A stretch of 64,000 nt of DNA, taken from positions 108,252,001 to 108,316,000 of the forward strand of contig JBITNC010000001.1 of assembly GCA_050084985.1 (NCBI GenBank), given 5' to 3'. The translations under genes were made by a program, and so were the position numbers. Below the pieces are notes generated by a model. It saw nothing but the letters and a program-made list of their open reading frames with translations. It searched no databases and had not been told where the DNA came from. How positions within the stretch are numbered: the stretch's first letter is position 1; each line of letters opens with the position of its first letter. Shown piece by piece: positions 1-13,433 of this stretch. The DNA is from Nageia nagi. Its lineage: Eukaryota > Plantae > Pinophyta.

Positions 1-967
1 TTTCTTACAACTCATTAAATAACATCAAAATATGACTACTTTAATTAGGCATTTTAGAAATGCAAAATAATGCATATGAACTTGGAGAGGGAGAAAGGCT
101 TCTTTTATTCATGTAACTCTACACCCAAGCTTGAGAATAACAAGAATGAAATAATAAGAGATAGGTGTGCATTTTTTTTCTAATGTTCCACCCTCTTATT
201 TATAGCCAAGGATGTTCAAGTGTGTCTAAATGAATGTCTCCTCATCCCTTCAATAATGTTTAGGGTAGGGTTGATTAAAGTTGTTGATGATTGAAATGGA
301 ATTTAATACCTTGGATCCTTTTTTATTAACTGATAAATTAGTTCTAACTAGTATCCATATGTAACACAAGGAAACCAAAATAAGTAGGGTTATTACTTAA
401 TTATTTTCATCAACCATTAAATATTTTGTAACATCACAAGGTGACCTTAGTCCTTTCTTATTTTTGTTGTTTTAATTTTCACTTTAGTTTACTAACAACT
501 ATAAGTAAAAAATTTGAAATCAAAGGAAGGGAATATATCTTGCCTCCTTTTTTGAATTTAAATTATGAAAATTCATAATAGAAAATCAATCACACATCTT
601 ACGTGTGATGGTCACCTCATTTTGTAGGATAAATTGTTAATCCACATATATCCACAAACACAAATTCAACATTCATAACTAATTATTTTACCATGCAGTT
701 ACATGATTTATGATGGTCATTAAGGTTTGTTAGTGAACGAATGCCAATAATTTTTGCACTCTTACCCTTCTGTTCTTGTCACTAATTCACCCTTAGTTCT
801 TTGGATCTTTTCCACATTTTTCATCTTGGTTTAACTTGTAACCTATGTCAAAACATCTCGAAGCCAATATCAAACCAACATAATTAAAGCATATCATTAT
901 TCAAAACTCATCATCACATAGCTTAATTCAAATTTAATCTAATTAGGATTCTCAATAATACTTGAGT

Positions 968-2204
968 CTTAACAATGCAATTGGGTGGGTCTTTATAGCT
1001 TGCCTCACCCAGGCAAGCTAATAGGTATCCTCCTCCCATGCATAGCCTACGTAGGAGACCCATACCAAATCTTGAAGTTATAAACTATCCACCTCGCATC
1101 TCCTAGCCTACATAGTATGTGGGTACCTATAACCATGCAACATAGACACTCAATAGGTCAATGATCTATCTATAGGGTCATCTCTAGCCCTTTATAATGC
1201 AACTAATTGGAAAACAACTATCTTCTCATATGCCCACACCTATAGTAGGTTTGCATGAGCAATGGTGATATTGAACTTGTCTACATATATGAAGATATAT
1301 AAATCCTTGTAAAGTTTTACTAGCATAGCAGGAGCCCATGCATACCTTGTGCCCATGGCATAAATATCCTAGATAATCTAAACCATGTCCAACAGAAAGG
1401 ATGAGGTACTCTTATCAAAATACATGTATGTGAAAATTATAGAGGCTATCAATAACCTCAAGTGTTTGTAATTAGAGGCAAACATGCATGCCTCAGATAT
1501 ATGCGTATACCTACGCTCCCAATCATGGTATTCTTTCCACGTCAACCATGCTATCAATGTCTATCGATCCTCGTTGCTCCCTATCTAAGCATGATGTACC
1601 AATCGCCCTTGGATTGGAATCTCCCATAACTGGTAAATATCCAATAGCGTGACTATAATTTCACCCAAGGGAAGGTGAAATGTATTAGTGTCTAGATCCC
1701 ATTGCTTTGCCAATACTATTAATAAAGGTAGGTCATGCTATACATGACTAACCACAACTAGGTCCATCAGAATGAACTAAGAAAGAATATCATTATGATG
1801 GTTTATCCTGGGGCATGTCCTAGCCTTCTCCAAGGTAGTAGTGGACATGGGTCCACCCCTTATAAGAACCTTGCGATCCTACAAAATAAAAGAAAAATTT
1901 ACATTACTAATTGTAAAAGCTCAAAATAATTGAAAAATACAAGCAAATGATGATAATAAAAATCAAAACAACTTTCAAAAGGAAAAATGTGGTGTAAAAA
2001 TAGCAAGATGATGAAACCCTAGGGTTTCTAAAAGGAAATTAGGATAAAATATGGGAAATAAAATGAAATGGAAAGAAATGTAAAGGAAATGGAAAATAAA
2101 TGAAGACTCACTACATGCTCAAATAGGAGGCTACAAAGATACTAGACATGTCCCTTTCTCCTAGTCAGGGGCCTCTCTACTGCATGTCAATCATTATCCA
2201 CCAT
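968..2204 (-). pseudogene. Decayed plant mobile domain (PMD, aminotransferase-like/MAIN-like) ORF with two predicted exons (2204-2112 and 1878-~968), probably TE-borne
   Basis: Hand translation gives DLPLLIVLAKQWDLDTNTFHLPLGEIIVTLLDIYQLWEIPIQG (~1735-1605), YAWAPAMLVKLYKDL (~1345-1300) and LL*VWAYEK (~1250-1222). These match the PMD motifs W...THTFHLPxGExTITLxD, YAWGxAxLAxLY and LLQxWAWE. Donor GTGAGT at 2111, polypyrimidine + TAG acceptor at 1879. Several stops. Confidence 0.8.
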
Positions 2205-2449
2205 GTTAGGAGATTATCTAACAATCCAATGGATGTGGGTAAAAAATTCAAAAGGGAAATCAAATGATGGAGGGGCAATGAGTAATAGAAAAGGTCAAAT
2301 AGAGTTGCCAAGCTAGACGACAATGTCAAAACACTAGACAAAAAGAGACATTAAAGTGCCAAGACATAAATGATGCAAAATTCAACATCGAACTCACTTT
2401 TTATTTGGTTTTTTCCCTTAAGCCTAGCTAAACATATGCCTTTTTAGAA

Positions 2450-4144
2450 GGCCAATCTTATGCCTCATAAGTGCTAGATGCAAAATAAAGAAAAATATTT
2501 TAGATGGCCATAATTTCTTTTTGAAAAACCAATTTTGCTAATTCCACACTATCAATGATGTCCAAATAGTAAAATTGATGTACAATATGCTGCATGATGA
2601 CCAAAAATAATAAAAGGGAAAGACTAAATGTTTACATTATGCATTGGAAGTAAAATTGATTGTGTTCTATTTTTTATATTTATTAATACTAAATAGATGC
2701 TTGGTAGCGGCGTGTTTTATATAACATTAGCAAATGATCCAAGTGTTATAATCAAATTCTAGTTTTGCTAAATCTAAATAGATGCACAACATGAGTATTA
2801 CTTGATGGAAAATGTAAAATATTAAATTATAAAAATTAGGTTTAATTAAATACAAGTGCAAACTTTTCATTACTGCATAGATGCATGATTTTTAGATGCT
2901 AAATATCTAAATGGTTATTTTCCAATGCCAATTGAATGGAATTTTTCTCCTAAAATGTAATTCTATCATTCTCATGTTGTCAGAGAAATAATTAAAATGA
3001 AATTATGGATGCTTTCAAATATCAATAATGCTATCAAGCTTTTAAAAGTTCAGATTTGTTAAGAATATTATGATATGGTTTATGCATAGGCAAAAACTAT
3101 ATAAGGTCATTCAAAAGTTGTTGCTTATAAAAAAAATATTATGCTATATGGAGAGATGATTTCATGATCTTTATGATACAAAATGTTATTACTTGCATCA
3201 AATTGAATATCATGAAAATCTATAGATCTAATGTGACTATTTCCACACTGCTAACGACATGTGTTTATTATAAATTCATTGTAAATGGGGCATATTCCAA
3301 AATCTTTGAATATCTATTTGAAAATGCCATTATTTCATAAATATGCACTGCTATGGAAATGATGAATAAAATTACCAAAGACATGATTGCCAAATTCTAT
3401 GAAATTCATGTTGTCAATAACATAGTTTTGCTTTGAAAATAAATGAAATCAAATAGTTCAAAATGAATAAAACATATAATTTTGATGTGTAAGGCCAATA
3501 AATATTTGAATATTTATTATTTTCAAAGGAATCAAATGATATTGTTCAATGTTATACTAACAAATATTTTCAAGGCCATGGTCACTCCATGAGCAAAATC
3601 TCTTATCAATTACAGGCTATTCCAAGCTTGAGTCATTAAAATGGTTCTCATCATCTCGATAATCATGGTTGTTCAAAAATGAGGTATTAAAAAGGATCTC
3701 ATGAGCTTGATCTTCATATATTATGAGTTGCAATCATAGTAGTCTATATGCCATGGTTGAATAAAACTATGAGTCTCATCAATCATAATGATATGATAGA
3801 TATCATATTAATTTTATCCTTGCTCTTTCAATTGATTATTATTTAATAAGATGTGATCTATGTGGGTATTATGTTAACTTGCTCTTAAAAAGGTATTTTT
3901 TGAGAGAGTTTGATTTGCATAAATCGCTCTCTTCATAGAGGGACCCCAATTTTTGGCTTGATTACCCATAGCAATATGAGAAAGGGGAAACTAAGACCAA
4001 AAGGGGGTAGACAACATATTATACTCAACATATCGATTGAAAAATGAAAGTTCATTTTACTATTGAAAATTTTCTTATCTTTTCTAAACTTCTTTGGATT
4101 ATGCAATTTCAATGTTTTGCATTTCATATTCAAAAAGGGGAAAA
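2450..4144 (+). mobile_element. Highly decayed Ty1/copia internal region (RT/RNase H remnants, long 3' region, PPT)
   Basis: Faint RNase H-like residues at ~3400-3580 (..NN....K..KHI; NIFKAM for ADIFTK), purine tracts at ~3999-4010 and 4132-4144 directly before a TG-start LTR. Left boundary approximate. Confidence 0.45.
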
Positions 4145-4850
4145 TGTAGACACCTAAAAATAATTTATTATTTATTTAATAAATCATATTTAAACTTGTT
4201 AAATGATTAATAATAATAATACATATATCAAGATAAAGCTAATATTACAATGCAATACCATGTACTCAGACCAATACAATATCATTTACCATGGTTCATA
4301 TTTTAATTTATCTTGAATGCAACAAAGATTATTATTATTATTGGAAGTCAGTCTCATTCCTGTTTATATATTTGTAGGTTATAAATGCAAGTGGAATAGG
4401 TTGATTTCCATAGATTGAAACTCTTTAATATGATAAGAACTTTGATAGGTGTTTTTTGAATTTAATAGTGTCTTTGGATGCCACTTATCATGAGAATTTG
4501 TTATACTGTAAGCTCTAGATTTTCTATCTTTGGGGCACATTATAATTTGATGTATTCCACATAGTCAATGGTGTGCTTCCCCTACGTCAATAGTGGCATA
4601 CATATTCTATATTAGAGGTTCTAGATTTTGATAGTCAAGTATTTGATTCAAGTACATGAAGATCTACTATGAACTCACCATGAATCTGATCCCAATGCTC
4701 TAAAAATTCATCACTATCTACTTTCGAGGATTGTACATACACTTTATATCATGTTCATGTATATTTATTGTAATGTGATAGTGTACATTTATATTGTAGA
4801 TTGGTTTGTTTATTGTGTACATTCATATGTTACACAATTTGAGGTCTACA
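4145..4850 (+). repeat. 3' LTR (TGTAGAC...GTCTACA); right end could extend to ~4970
   Basis: Follows the PPT and has inverted termini. The same start TGTAGACACCTAAAA and the next ~200 bp recur at 28182. Confidence 0.55.
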
Positions 4851-5208
4851 TCAAGTGCATACTTTTTTGATTTTATTTAGATAACCTAGATAAGTGATTT
4901 GCACCATATATTGTAGATTTATATTTATTTTATTATTACAGTAAATCATAATTTAGAGTTTATAAGAAGTGAGATGATGATGATATTAGCTAAATATTGA
5001 CCTAGAAAATGGGCACCATACAAAAGCACAATGCCATCCATCAAATGTGATATGATAGAGAGAGTGCCAACTAAGGATGTAGAGCCATTGAAAAATACAA
5101 GCTTGAGAAGGAATGTAAGCATGAAGAAGAATGGCATCATTGAGTGCACCCATAACTAATAGGATGTACCATATACTCTCTTCTACCTATAATTTGAAAT
5201 CATAGCAT

Positions 5209-5337
5209 TAGTGGAGAAGGTGGTAATGAATCTTCATTATTAGACATTTTTTACTATCGATGGTGGAGCACGCTCAAATCTTGATTCGAGGGAGGGGTAG
5301 TGGAGAAGGCGATAATGAATCTCCACTATTAGACATG
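5209..5337. repeat. Two ~40-bp direct repeats, each a small hairpin
   Basis: TAGTGGAGA-aggcgataatgaa-TCTCCACTA at 5298-5328 (9-bp stem); degenerate copy at 5209-5247. Confidence 0.75.
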
Positions 5338-5344
5338 TCTATTT

Positions 5345-5710
5345 TTTTAATATTTAATATTTGAATGTATAGTTTTAGTATTTTATATTTGAATTTATAA
5401 TTTTAATATTTAAATGTATAGTTTTAATATTTGAAATTTAAAAGTATAGTTTTAATATTTAAAATTTTAATGTTTACAATTTAAATGTATAGTTTCAATA
5501 TTTAAATTTTAAAATTTGAATGTATAGTTTTAATATTTAAAATTTAATAGTATAGTTCTAAAATTTAAAATTTAAAATTGAAATGTATAATTTTAATTTA
5601 AGAGTTTAAAATTCAAAGTGTAGGTGTATGGAGATCAAATATTTAAAATATGTTGTGGGAACTTTAAGTTTAAATTTAAACGTATAGTTTTAATATTTAA
5701 AATTTAATAA
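5345..5710. repeat. AT-rich tandem repeat, unit ~22-36 bp (core AATGTATAGTTTTAATATTTAAAATTT)
   Basis: About ten imperfect copies visible. Confidence 0.85.
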
Positions 5711-6161
5711 ACCACCTCAAGAACAAAGGTTAAGAAAAAAACTACAACAAGGGAGGTCCACACACTTAGAGGAGTGACACCATAGATCTAAATCATACAT
5801 GACTTGGATGCAAACTATGAAATCATGGAGGTGATTAAAAACTCTTGCAAAAGTTACCAAAATAAAACAAGGATGAAGTCCAAGGGTGAATGGAAGGGGA
5901 TGATCGAGAGAAGGCTAAATATGCAACAGGAAGTGCGTGAGCTCCAAGAGGAGGTAGTGGCATGAAAAAAGACCATAAGGGGAACCAAGGGGGAACATGA
6001 TGTAAGGAATTCGATGAAATGGAAGGTGTTTTTCTATATTAATACATTACTCTATTTTTGTTAGTTGAGTTTTTTTTTTTGTATTCTCTTCCAAAGCTTC
6101 CAGTGATCAAAATTTTAAAATCTAAACCAATAAAAAATAATCCCTAAATCAATAAAAATAA

Positions 6162-6974
6162 GGGAAAATTACCAAAATACCCCATAATTTATAATAATTA
6201 CAAAATACCCCTATTTTTTCCAAAATTACAAAAATACCCCTATTACAAGGTGGCAATCGAATCTACCTTGTAGTATGTGATCAAGTTGCCTGAACATGAT
6301 AGGTGCAACAAAAAAATAATAACAAAAAAGTAAATCTTCTTTGTAATACTTATGTCAATAACACAATGTAATCTTTGTATGGATGTAACACTATTTTACA
6401 AAAGATATCCATGGATAGGAAGTGTTTGAAAGATAAAAAAGGCTATGTGTAGTCTACTATGATATATTGGATGTGTCATATACAATGCTTAGTACTTGCC
6501 ATTCTTTATGGAAAAATTGGCAGAATCTTCTACCTTATTATAGGATTGGTAACTGAGGTATTCACCACCTTCTCAATCATTTTTTTCACTCTCGATATTT
6601 CCCTAACTCTAATTGATGGAATACAATGTATGTTCACCTTAGGAAAATTATAATATACATGAGGATACATATGAGAAAGATAGAAGATTTTACCTTTGAA
6701 TATTGCCCATTACATTGGGATTTATTTTAGCTATATTTGCATAAGGTTTGTTAGCATTTGGAAGTAGACATTGCAAATAAATCCTCTCTCAAATTGTTGG
6801 TAATCATGTTTAGGTAAATTGATCACATAGTACAAAGGAGATTTGATTGCCATCTATTAGACTTATAACAACAAAATGCTAGTTAGGGACGAAAGGGTAT
6901 TTTCGTAATTTTGAAAAAAGTAGGGGTATTTTTGTAATTTTGATAAATTATAAGGGTATTTTGGTAATTTTCAT
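6162..6974. mobile_element. Non-autonomous Mutator-like element (MULE/MITE)
   Basis: TIRs GGGAAAATTACCAAAATACCC... and ...GGGTATTTTGGTAATTTTCAT pair over ~80 bp, plus a further ~55-bp inner inverted block (6249-6300 vs 6803-6853). Perfect 9-bp TSD TAAAAATAA at 6153-6161 and 6975-6983. Confidence 0.9.
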
Positions 6975-6980
6975 TAAAAA

Positions 6981-7045
6981 TAATCCCTAATCCTTAATCT
7001 CTAATCTCTAATCTCTTATCCTTAATTTCTAATCCCTAGTTTCTA
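6981..7045. repeat. Degenerate 7-mer repeat (CCCTAAT-like, telomere-variant)
   Basis: taatccc taatcct taatctc taatctc taatctc ttatcct taatttc taatccc; one more unit lies left of the MULE at ~6138. Confidence 0.6.
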
Positions 7046-7198
7046 ATAAATAAATAATATAATATAAATTAATATAAATAATCATATCCCAAATATTTTC
7101 TATAAAAATTAAAACCAAATATAGCCCCTAACTAATTATGTATTTTTATAAGTATTTATAATGTAATTATTACATCAATAATTGTGTTGGATATAACA

Positions 7199-7375
7199 TT
7201 GTATGGAGACATCCTTTGAGTCAACACTTACATCAAATTGCATCATCTATTGAGTTAGCACATGCATCAAATAGAGTTAGATATAGTATTGTATGAAGAT
7301 ACCCTTTGAGTTAACACTTGTGTCAAATTAAGTCATATATTGAGTTAGCACTTGTCAAATTGAATCATTTATAGC
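7199..7375. repeat. Tandem duplication, ~89-bp unit
   Basis: ttgtatg(g/a)aga..ccctttgagt.aacactt...tcaaatt...tcat.tattgagttagcac occurs at 7199 and 7289. Confidence 0.75.
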
Positions 7376-7744
7376 ATCAAGTATATAGATAACATTAGAG
7401 TTAGAATTCACATAATAAAATCCTTGAAAATTAAAAAAATAAAATCTGACATACTTTGATGCACTCTAACATTTTTTGAGCCATAAGGTACTTAACAAAA
7501 TTCTTGACTTGTGCCTTAACTCAAATTGCCCTTTTTCTAGTAGTGAAACAATTACAAGGACATTATGTATGCAGTCCTTGCCCCAATGCCCTGGTTGTTG
7601 GAATTTAAAGCATTTATCAAAATTTGATGATAATAAAATTTGAAAAATTCTTTATATGCCAATAGACCAAAAATTGTATCTCAAAAGACTAGATCTAGGT
7701 AGTTTTTAATGGAAGCCTAATTATTGTACTTCATGATATTTCAA

Positions 7745-10700
7745 AGATATTTAGATAATTTTGTATCATGTTGTTATATTATATAGTGTATCTAGATCAT
7801 TTCATATCTTATGGTATAGTTGCATCATTTCAAAACATATGGTAGATGAGGCCAACTTATCACTTTTGGACTAATTTTTGATACTTAAATTTTTTTTTGG
7901 GTTAGACAATTGTTTTCCTTCTCTAAGCCAATTTTTGGAACCTAGTTCGAAATATCTTTTGGGCTTCTTTTTCTACAAGCATATGATTTTTAGAAAGTTG
8001 GTATATTAACCTCAAAATTATGATATCAATAACCTCCTTTTCTTCAATGATGGTATAATTATAAAAGCATAAAAAAGGTAGTTTGTGATCTTTAGATAGG
8101 TTTTTACAATAGTCATCAACTTTTGGGCCTCATTTTTGGATATGAAGATTATGCAATGTAGATGGAATATGAGCATAGAGGTAAGTGTTTATCAGCATGA
8201 TGCAAGATGCACTAGGATGAAACCATGTAAATAAACATTAGATGGATGAGGTCCAACCTCTAATTTTACAGGTAGATGCTTGCTCCAATTGGCATGAAAA
8301 GCCTTTAGGTTAGGATCAAAAGATATAAGAAAGAGAGGGAAGTAGACATCGAAAAGATTTTGGTACTCAAAGAAGCATAGGGATATGAGAAAGAAATGGT
8401 AAATGGTGGAGTATGGGACCAACTTGGGCTTCTAATGGATCAAACCAAAATCATGGGGAGGAAACCCAGCTCACAGCCATAGGTTTACATAATACCATCC
8501 ATCAACTGCAATGAGAGAGAAAGGATTAACAACCACCAACACTTCAATCACCACCCTTTGGGATATAGGAATAATCCATCACATTCAACCATTTAAGCAT
8601 AACAAAGAATAAGCATTGAGAAAAATGGGAAAACATACCCATACTCACTTTAGAGACAAATAAATGATCATCTATTAATAAAGGAAAAATATTGAGTAAT
8701 CTAACCCACTTATTACATTATCAAAATATCTATTTATAATAGATGAGCCAATTAATTTAAAGAAAACTACTTAAGTATTTAACTAATCCTAAACTACTTC
8801 CACTGCTTCACTACTTCTAGTCCTACTACAGAAATAAGCAATTATGCCCTTTATAATTGAACTAACTTCTTCTAATATCTAAAAACCTCAAACTTTAACT
8901 AAATGATTATAAGACATTGAAGTATCCCCTTCATGCATCATACATAATATAACATCTGGATCATTAGAGTTCCTCTCTTCATGCAAATCTTCTTGGTTTA
9001 AAGTTGCATTTAGAATCATAATAACATCTTTTTTGGATCCATCTTATTTGTAAATAACATCAAGTAGGTAATCTCTAAGTCTTGGGTCTTCACATGATGA
9101 GATGAAGTTGAACCTCTTATTTTATATTGCTACTAGGAATCAAGATCTTGTTTTGCTGACATTATTAGTTTGAGCACCCAAGGAATGATGTATTTGATAA
9201 TACCAATGATGTAAATTTAATAATAAGAAAAAATTGTATTTAGAGCCCATTTTAAGCCATCAAGTGATGAATTCAAACGTCAAAATGTTGAAACAATTCC
9301 ATTATACATGAATTTGCTATCTCCAGTGATCCTCTCTCAATTCTACATGGACTAAAAAAGGAATGGGCTCAAACAAACATCCGAATCAAAAGTAATGACC
9401 TCAAGAAATTACAACATTTTGTATATGCATGTGTACACCTTTAAAGTCTTAATGGGTGGGTGATTTGTAATATCGGGGCCTTTGCATCATATCATAGATA
9501 AAACTCCAACTTTTGCTTCCTCATAGGAGTTGAAATTCTAGTTGTCAATGTCATGTCTCTCTTTCTTGCAAAATTAGTTTAAGGCTAGTTGTTCAAGATT
9601 TGTTAATGTCATCACCTTATTCTACCTAGAGTCAATGCAAAATTGGCCTTTTTAGCTTTTCTTAAACCATTTCTCTAGTTGACTAATTATTTGGGTCTTA
9701 ACATACTCTTTCTATTTACACATTATGGTTGTAATTCCTTACTGGTGGTACCTAGAATTGATCTGGCTGATGTCATTCACTTTGGACCCCCAAAATTAGT
9801 GCAAATTTAACTTGATTGGTTTGAGTGACACCACTTATGAAGGCCCTAGGATCTTTTGTTATTTCCTTTATTAGCACCCTCCTTTTCCTTAGATGATGTC
9901 ACTTACTTCATCGACTCAAACTTAGATTATTCTTCAAGACCTGATATTAGCATTCAAGTGCTTTGATAGTTATTATTTTATTTATATTATTTGCTAGAAC
10001 TCCATCTATTGGATGACAACGTTACTTCTCAAATGATCCAACACATAGTTCATTAACTTTTTATTACTTATCAAGACTCCACCTATAGGATATTGATGTC
10101 ATTGCTCAGGTACCCTAGGACTTAGTGTATTTGAAGCTCCTTTATCTCCTAGGTGCTTTGATTATTCTATTGCTTACATCATCACTCGATATTTCTCCTC
10201 CTACTTGTGTTTATGATTGTACTAAGTACTAAGAAAGGATTCTTGATCATTTTTGATAGAGTAATGGTGATTTTGGTAACAATAAGCATAATAAGATTCA
10301 AATATGCTCTATAATTATGCTCAAATGATCAAGAATACCTGTAGGATCAATAATTACACAATTATGATCATATTGTATATTTAGATAATTTCATATCATT
10401 TGGTATAGTTGTATCATTTCAAAATATATGGTGGATGCAAAGACCAACTTATCACTTTTGGACTGGTTTTTGAATTATTACACATGCATTGTTGAACTTC
10501 TTAGTTGTGCATACTATCTTAAGGAAGCTTTGAAAATCACAATATTTGATTTACAAGTAGATCAAGTAGACACATCCACACTCTCAAGTAGCACTTTTTG
10601 AAAAAATAAACTTGAACATGGTTTCCTTTCTACTTGAAATCATGCACCATGTTATTATGCAAGACTCTTTAGATATTGCATTCCTTTGCATTACCAATAA

Positions 10701-12860
10701 CATCCATAAAAATATTATTTATATTTGAAACACAATTTCCCACTTTAGCATAAGTTTTTGAAGCTAGAACATAAGATGCAATATATTTAGGCTTCAACAA
10801 AAAATTATTGTTGCTACATATACAAATTCCCATATTCCTACATTCTTATGTGATTTAAAGACGCCAAGCAAACACATCCACACTAAAAGTTCAAATCTTC
10901 ATCATTTTTTCATATCATATGATGTATTTAGATCATTTCATATCATATGGTATAATTGCATTATTTCTAAACATAGGGTATATAAGGCCAACTTATCAAT
11001 TTTGGATTTGTTTTTAACACTTGTAACATCCCATGCAAGGAACTTACACAATAACTTGTAACTATTTTGAGTTTTTTGAGAAGAGTAGCCAGGGGGATGT
11101 AGATCACTTAGCTTGTACCATTTCAAGCCAAAGGATTATAGCACTTAAAACATTTCCAATTTTTTTATAAAGAGCATAGCTAAGCCGAGGGGGTTGTGGA
11201 GAACATCCATTAGGTATTATTTTATGTATATTATCAAGGAATTATCATACTTTTGGAATAAAAGTCTCTAGGTTCTTTTAAAAAAAACTATTTTATATGT
11301 ATATTGCAATCATTGCATACCATGAAACTATGTTTGCATCATACATATTGTCAAATAATTCCTAGAACATTAGTTAGACACTTGGGGAAACTTTAGTAGG
11401 CACTTGTAACATTTAATGTTTTTTTAGAAGAGCACTTGAATGGGTAGATCACTTAACTTGTACCCATTTTTTGTGTATCCTGTAATTATTGTAGATCATG
11501 CAACTATATTTGTATCATGCATCTTGTCAAACAATGTATATATAATGAGTCATCCTAGGAATAATGCAATAGGAGTTGCTCATGTTGTAAGGGTTTATTT
11601 CAAAGTGCTTCATCGAATCAAATAGTTTGAGGGAATCTATGTTGTAGCTATGAATTACATATCCTCCAATTATTACAGACAATGAAACTCTTTTTGCATC
11701 ATTTCAAACCATATGGTGTACTTAGATAATTTCATTTCATATGTTGGTGCATTTAGTAGATCATTTCATATCATATGATGCACTTGGATCATTTCATACC
11801 ATATGGTGCAATTACATCATTTCACGTCATATGGTGTAAATAGATAATTTCATATCATTTGGTATATTCAAATCATTACATATCATATGGTACAATATAG
11901 TTGCATCATGTAAGATCATATGGTGTATTTTAAGTATTTGGTTCATTGAGTATACCCATACAATGCATATATAATGATTCATCCCAATAATAACACAATA
12001 AGGATCACTCATGGTATTAAAGTATTTACAACCCTCATCCATTAGACTTGCATGGATGCTTGCAAGTAAAACACATACAAAGGTTATTTTGTAAGGGTTG
12101 GTTCTCAAGTGCTTTATTATATTGAAAATTATAAGGGCATCCTTGTTGTAGCCATCAATAACATTGTCTATTTCATATCACTTTTTGCTTTCCTTCTCAA
12201 AGCTAGTTTTTGGATCATATAGTTTATTTAGATCATTTCATATCATATGGTATAATTGTATCATTTTAGAGCATATGATGGATGATGATAACTTATCACT
12301 TTTAGATTGATTTTTGATACTTGTGGAAAACTTTTAGGTTGGATAATTGCTTTCCTTCTTCAAGCTAATTTTTGTGCCCTATTTTGAGACATCTTTTGGG
12401 TTCCTTTTTCTAGAACCATGTGAGTTTTAGAAAGCTAGTATATTAAACTCTAAATTATGATATTAGGTACCTCCTTTGGTTCAACAGTGATTTGATTGTA
12501 TGAAAAAGGTAATTTATGATTTTTTGATAGGTTTTTTACAATGGTAATCAACTTTTGGATTCCTTTTTCTACAAGCATATTAATTTTGGAAAACTAGTAT
12601 ATTAAACTCTAAATTATGATATCAAGTACCTTCTTAGGTTCAACAATGTTTTGATTGTATAAAAAAGGTAGTTTATAACTTTTTGACAAGTTTATTATAA
12701 TAATTATCAATTTTTGGGTCCTATTTTTAGATATGAAGATTACATAATGTAGATAGAATATAAATACAAAGGTAAGCACAATAAGATTCAAATATGTTCT
12801 ATAATTATGCTTTAATGATCAAGAATAACTATAAGATCAAGACTTATATAATTATACTCA
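7745..12860. repeat. Satellite-like repeat block built from a ~26-bp subunit (TAGATCATTTCATATCATATGGT) and longer repeated modules
   Basis: Copies at ~7750-8185, 10282-10480, 10905-11020, 11695-11935 and 12215-12860. Also 11095-11125 resembles 11443-11470, and 12400-12570 resembles 12560-12720. Confidence 0.8.
8186..10281. mobile_element. Solo-LTR-type insertion splitting the satellite module, probably containing a second nested solo LTR (TGATGCA 8198 ... TGCATCA 9489)
   Basis: Termini TGTTTATCA / TGGTAACA; TSD GTAAG (8181-8185) vs ATAAG (10282-10286). Removing it restores the module seen intact at ~12770 (ggtaagcacaataagattcaaatatg). Confidence 0.7.
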
Positions 12861-13199
12861 AATGATTCAAAGTTTTAGTATACATATTTTATCACTTTTT
12901 GAGATTTTTTACAAGCATGAAAAAAGTAGTACATTGAATATCCATGAACTGACCCACTCTAGAGATTTGGTTAGGCATCCCTTTAGGTGTTGCTAATATT
13001 AAACTAGGATGAGTAAGGTAAGAGACTAAATAATTTCTAGTTAGTCCCATTGGCTCATCCATCGAGAGCCTATGGCCAACACTATGATTGAGCTATAGGG
13101 ATAGCGTACCTTGGGTAACTGAGGAAGGCATAGTCTAGAAGCATTCTTCCATCAGGTTTTTTTATGGAATAATACATCTAAATTACCCTTTTTTAAAAA

Positions 13200-13433
13200 A
13201 TTAATTATTAGGTGATAATTTTAACCACCACTTAAAGTTTAAGGGGACAATTAATAAACACCTCCTTATGTCCTTCAATGGTAGTTTATGCAACTATAAA
13301 TGGGTAGTTATTAACTAACATTGTAGGAAGTTAACTTTTAACAACCAACTCATAAATGATGAATAAATAACCATCTATAAAGGGATTTAGGGATGATTAT
13401 AAATCACCACCAAAGGCCCTTTTTGGTCTAGTG
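13200..13433. mobile_element. Orphan right end of a CACTA element
   Basis: Ends ...CCTTTTTGGTCTAGTG, preceded by short subterminal repeats (AACCACC-like). No convincing left end found. Confidence 0.45.

Noticed and set aside
1-960. LTR/integrase remnants at the window start
   Set aside because: Only a PPT-like tract (~541-553, minus strand) and TG-start words; no diagnostic motif or boundary could be fixed.
11695-11935. CRISPR-like array
   Set aside because: Degenerate tandem units without unique spacers, in eukaryotic TE context, with no cas genes.
2332-13433. CACTAGACAAAAAG at 2332 as the left TIR of the CACTA end at 13433
   Set aside because: Imperfect TIR match, flanks differ (AAA vs AAT), and no subterminal repeats at the left site.
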